Source of the DNA: the human T2T-CHM13v2.0 reference genome, Homo sapiens
Assembly: GCF_009914755.1 (NCBI RefSeq)
Contig: NC_060947.1
DNA: 64,000 nt
Direction: 5' to 3' (one strand)
Shown: positions 60,748-64,000 of the stretch, piece by piece
Layout of the letters: every line of letters starts with the position of its first letter
Position numbering within the stretch: position 1 is the stretch's first letter
Translations under genes and position numbers: made by a program
Notes under the pieces: model-generated
Told to the model about the DNA's origin: nothing
Databases searched by the model: none
The model's input: the letters and a program-made list of their open reading frames with translations, nothing else

Positions 60748-62121
60748 TCAGAGATCTAGCTATAAATATCTAGGGGGAGTGTTCCAAGTAGAAATAACTA
60801 TAAGAACAAACACACTGAGGCAGGAAAGTAACTAAAACAGGAAGATGGCCAGTGTGGTTGAAGAAGAATGAGCAAAGAGTAGAGTAGGAGTGTAGGAGTG
60901 TAGGAGGCTAGATCACGTGGGGCCTTCTCAGCTATTTTTAAGAATCATAACTTTAACTGTGAGATGACAAGCCACTGGAGAAAAAGTAATAGGGAGCCAC
61001 TGCAGTATGTTGAGCAGGGAAATAACATGATGAAAAGTGTCTTTTGAAATACTTGTTTCTTAGAGGTAGACGGAACGGCTTGAGTGGGAGATTCTAGCTC
61101 AAAGTATATTGCACCAATCCCAATATATGGTGATTCATTCATTCAACTACTTATTAGGTGGCAAAGATGTGCCCAGTAATGTGGGGAGGATCTAAATTAG
61201 AGCGATAACTGAGGGAATTGCCAGAGGAATGTGAATATAAATGACATCGGAGGGGAAGAAACCCAGGACATACTGACAGATTATTTATAGAGAAATGACA
61301 CAAATTCGCAATTCAATCTAATCAAGGTTTATGGATCACCTACTGAGGGCAAAGCCATGTGCTGGCTATGACTTGCGGGGTGGGGATGGTGTATAAAACT
61401 TGTACTTTCCCCTCAAAGGGCTTCCAGCCTGGCGTGCTTAGCCCCTGCCCTACACTTTTCAAGCCAGAAAGTCTTGAATTCCCACAGCTGCAGCTGGCAC
61501 TGGAACTAACTGGTTTGCTCAGGTTAAGAGATGGCTGTTGTTTTTGTTGTTGTTGTTGTTATTCTTGAAGCTTGTTCCATCTCCTGGGAGCAGGGGCCAA
61601 AACACCTCAACTTGATTAGTACAAAAAATATAGATCTGGTTTGGCAGGAGGGCAGAAGAGAGGTCTTAATAAATGTCTTTGTGGATCAGTGTTGCAGATT
61701 GGCCTGAACCACCAGTTTTTGGGCAGAGTCCTTCTGGTCTGCTTCCACCTCTGTGACGTAGTGGTCACACACTCTTCCCATTCCATTCTGGAGAAAAGGC
61801 CTCAAGGCATGGAAAAGGGAAGAGGCAAGATTAAGGAAAACAATTGGAAAAAAATTTTTGAAAACCTCCTGCTGCCAGACTACAAGGTGAGGGGAGCAGA
61901 CACGAATGCAACGCAAATGATATGTAAATATCTCTGTGGCCTTCTAAAAGGTTTTCTACAACTGGAATGGCATTTGAAAAACTGCTGGCAGTAAGAGTGA
62001 CTCAGAAGCAGAGCAAACTATTTCAAGACAACTTTGTGACATAAACCTTTGCTGCCCAGCTAACACAGTGCACATTCTTTAGTAATCTTTTTCTCACTTG
62101 AATCAACCTCACCTGCTATAA

Positions 62122-62298
<177 letters not shown>

Positions 62299-63161
62299 TA
62301 ATTATTCTTTTAAAACACTCTACATACCTTTAATTTTTCTTCAAACGCCTTTCTCACCTAAATAAAGCCAAGTTAAATGTGTCACTTCCTCCCTAGAACA
62401 GTAGTTGGCTCCAGTGGATTATGAATGAAAGTGCTTCTCTCTCCATTCTAGTCACTATGATCCTTCAGAGTTTTGTTCTTTTTCCTATTCCACAGGAACT
62501 GGCATATTCTCTTCTAATAACCACATGCTGATTTCAAAGTGAGTCCAGGAAAAAATATGTATGTGAAAACCAATTCACTTTTAGGAGCCACTGTAAAGTT
62601 ATTCATCAAGAAAAGCTGCCCTGTCAAGAAAGCTGTGGTCTTGCCCATCCTAAGCAAATATGTTTAAGTGAAATAATGCACATTCAACTACAATGGGGTA
62701 CATTTCCGGGTACGTTTCCGTCTACATTTATGTATTTTTAAAGGGGACACTCCTATCAGATATGCATTTAATAAGAGCCATGGGTTGAACTGAATAGTAA
62801 GCAAGACAGTAAACACATCAGACCCACAGCTGAGCAGTTATTTTTGGTTACAGACCCAGGACTCCAGAAGCAACTTACCTCCACATCGGCCCCGAAAAGT
62901 TCCATTACTTTCTAGCACTCTTAACATTCGAGGGTGCCTCAGCTTTTGACAGCAGAGTCAAAGGAAAGGAAATCCCTTCCATTTCTGAAGTTTTCATCTT
63001 ACTTGAAAGGGCCACACTGTTATCCCCCAGAAAGCTAACAGGCATCCGGGGTGATGCCACGTTCAGAGTAAAAACAGGAACGAAGCGCAGAGACGCCGAA
63101 TCTCAACTAATGAGAGACTGAAAAAGGAAAGAAGACGGACAAAAGCAAGAGACAGACCTCA

Positions 63162-64000
<839 letters not shown>

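Overview
Primate (human-like) genomic DNA, mostly interspersed repeats: Alu, L1, MaLR/ERV1/ERVL LTRs, a deleted MER57 provirus and a Ricksha MULE transposon. No intact multi-exon gene is visible. There are three CpG-rich gene-derived modules. (1) A genomic copy of TMEM47 promoter/exon 1 with a +1 frameshift (+, ~35.2-36.1 kb). (2) A ~3.1-kb L1-mediated TFDP1 retrocopy (-, 38769-41908) with TSD, poly(A) remnant, a ~700-nt GC-rich leader and a fully open 409-aa ORF. (3) A genomic copy of LANCL3 promoter/exon 1 with two -1 frameshifts and a TGA (-, ~63.2-64.0 kb). TMEM47 and LANCL3 are both Xp21.1 genes, so the window looks like an Xp21-derived duplication mosaic (inference). Also seen: two local inverted duplications (136 bp and ~180 bp), a twin-primed L1, and a possible decayed multi-exon gene at ~16.9-19.6 kb. 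Comparisons to parental proteins and repeat subfamily names are from memory, not alignments. Repeat boundaries are approximate unless a TSD is quoted.
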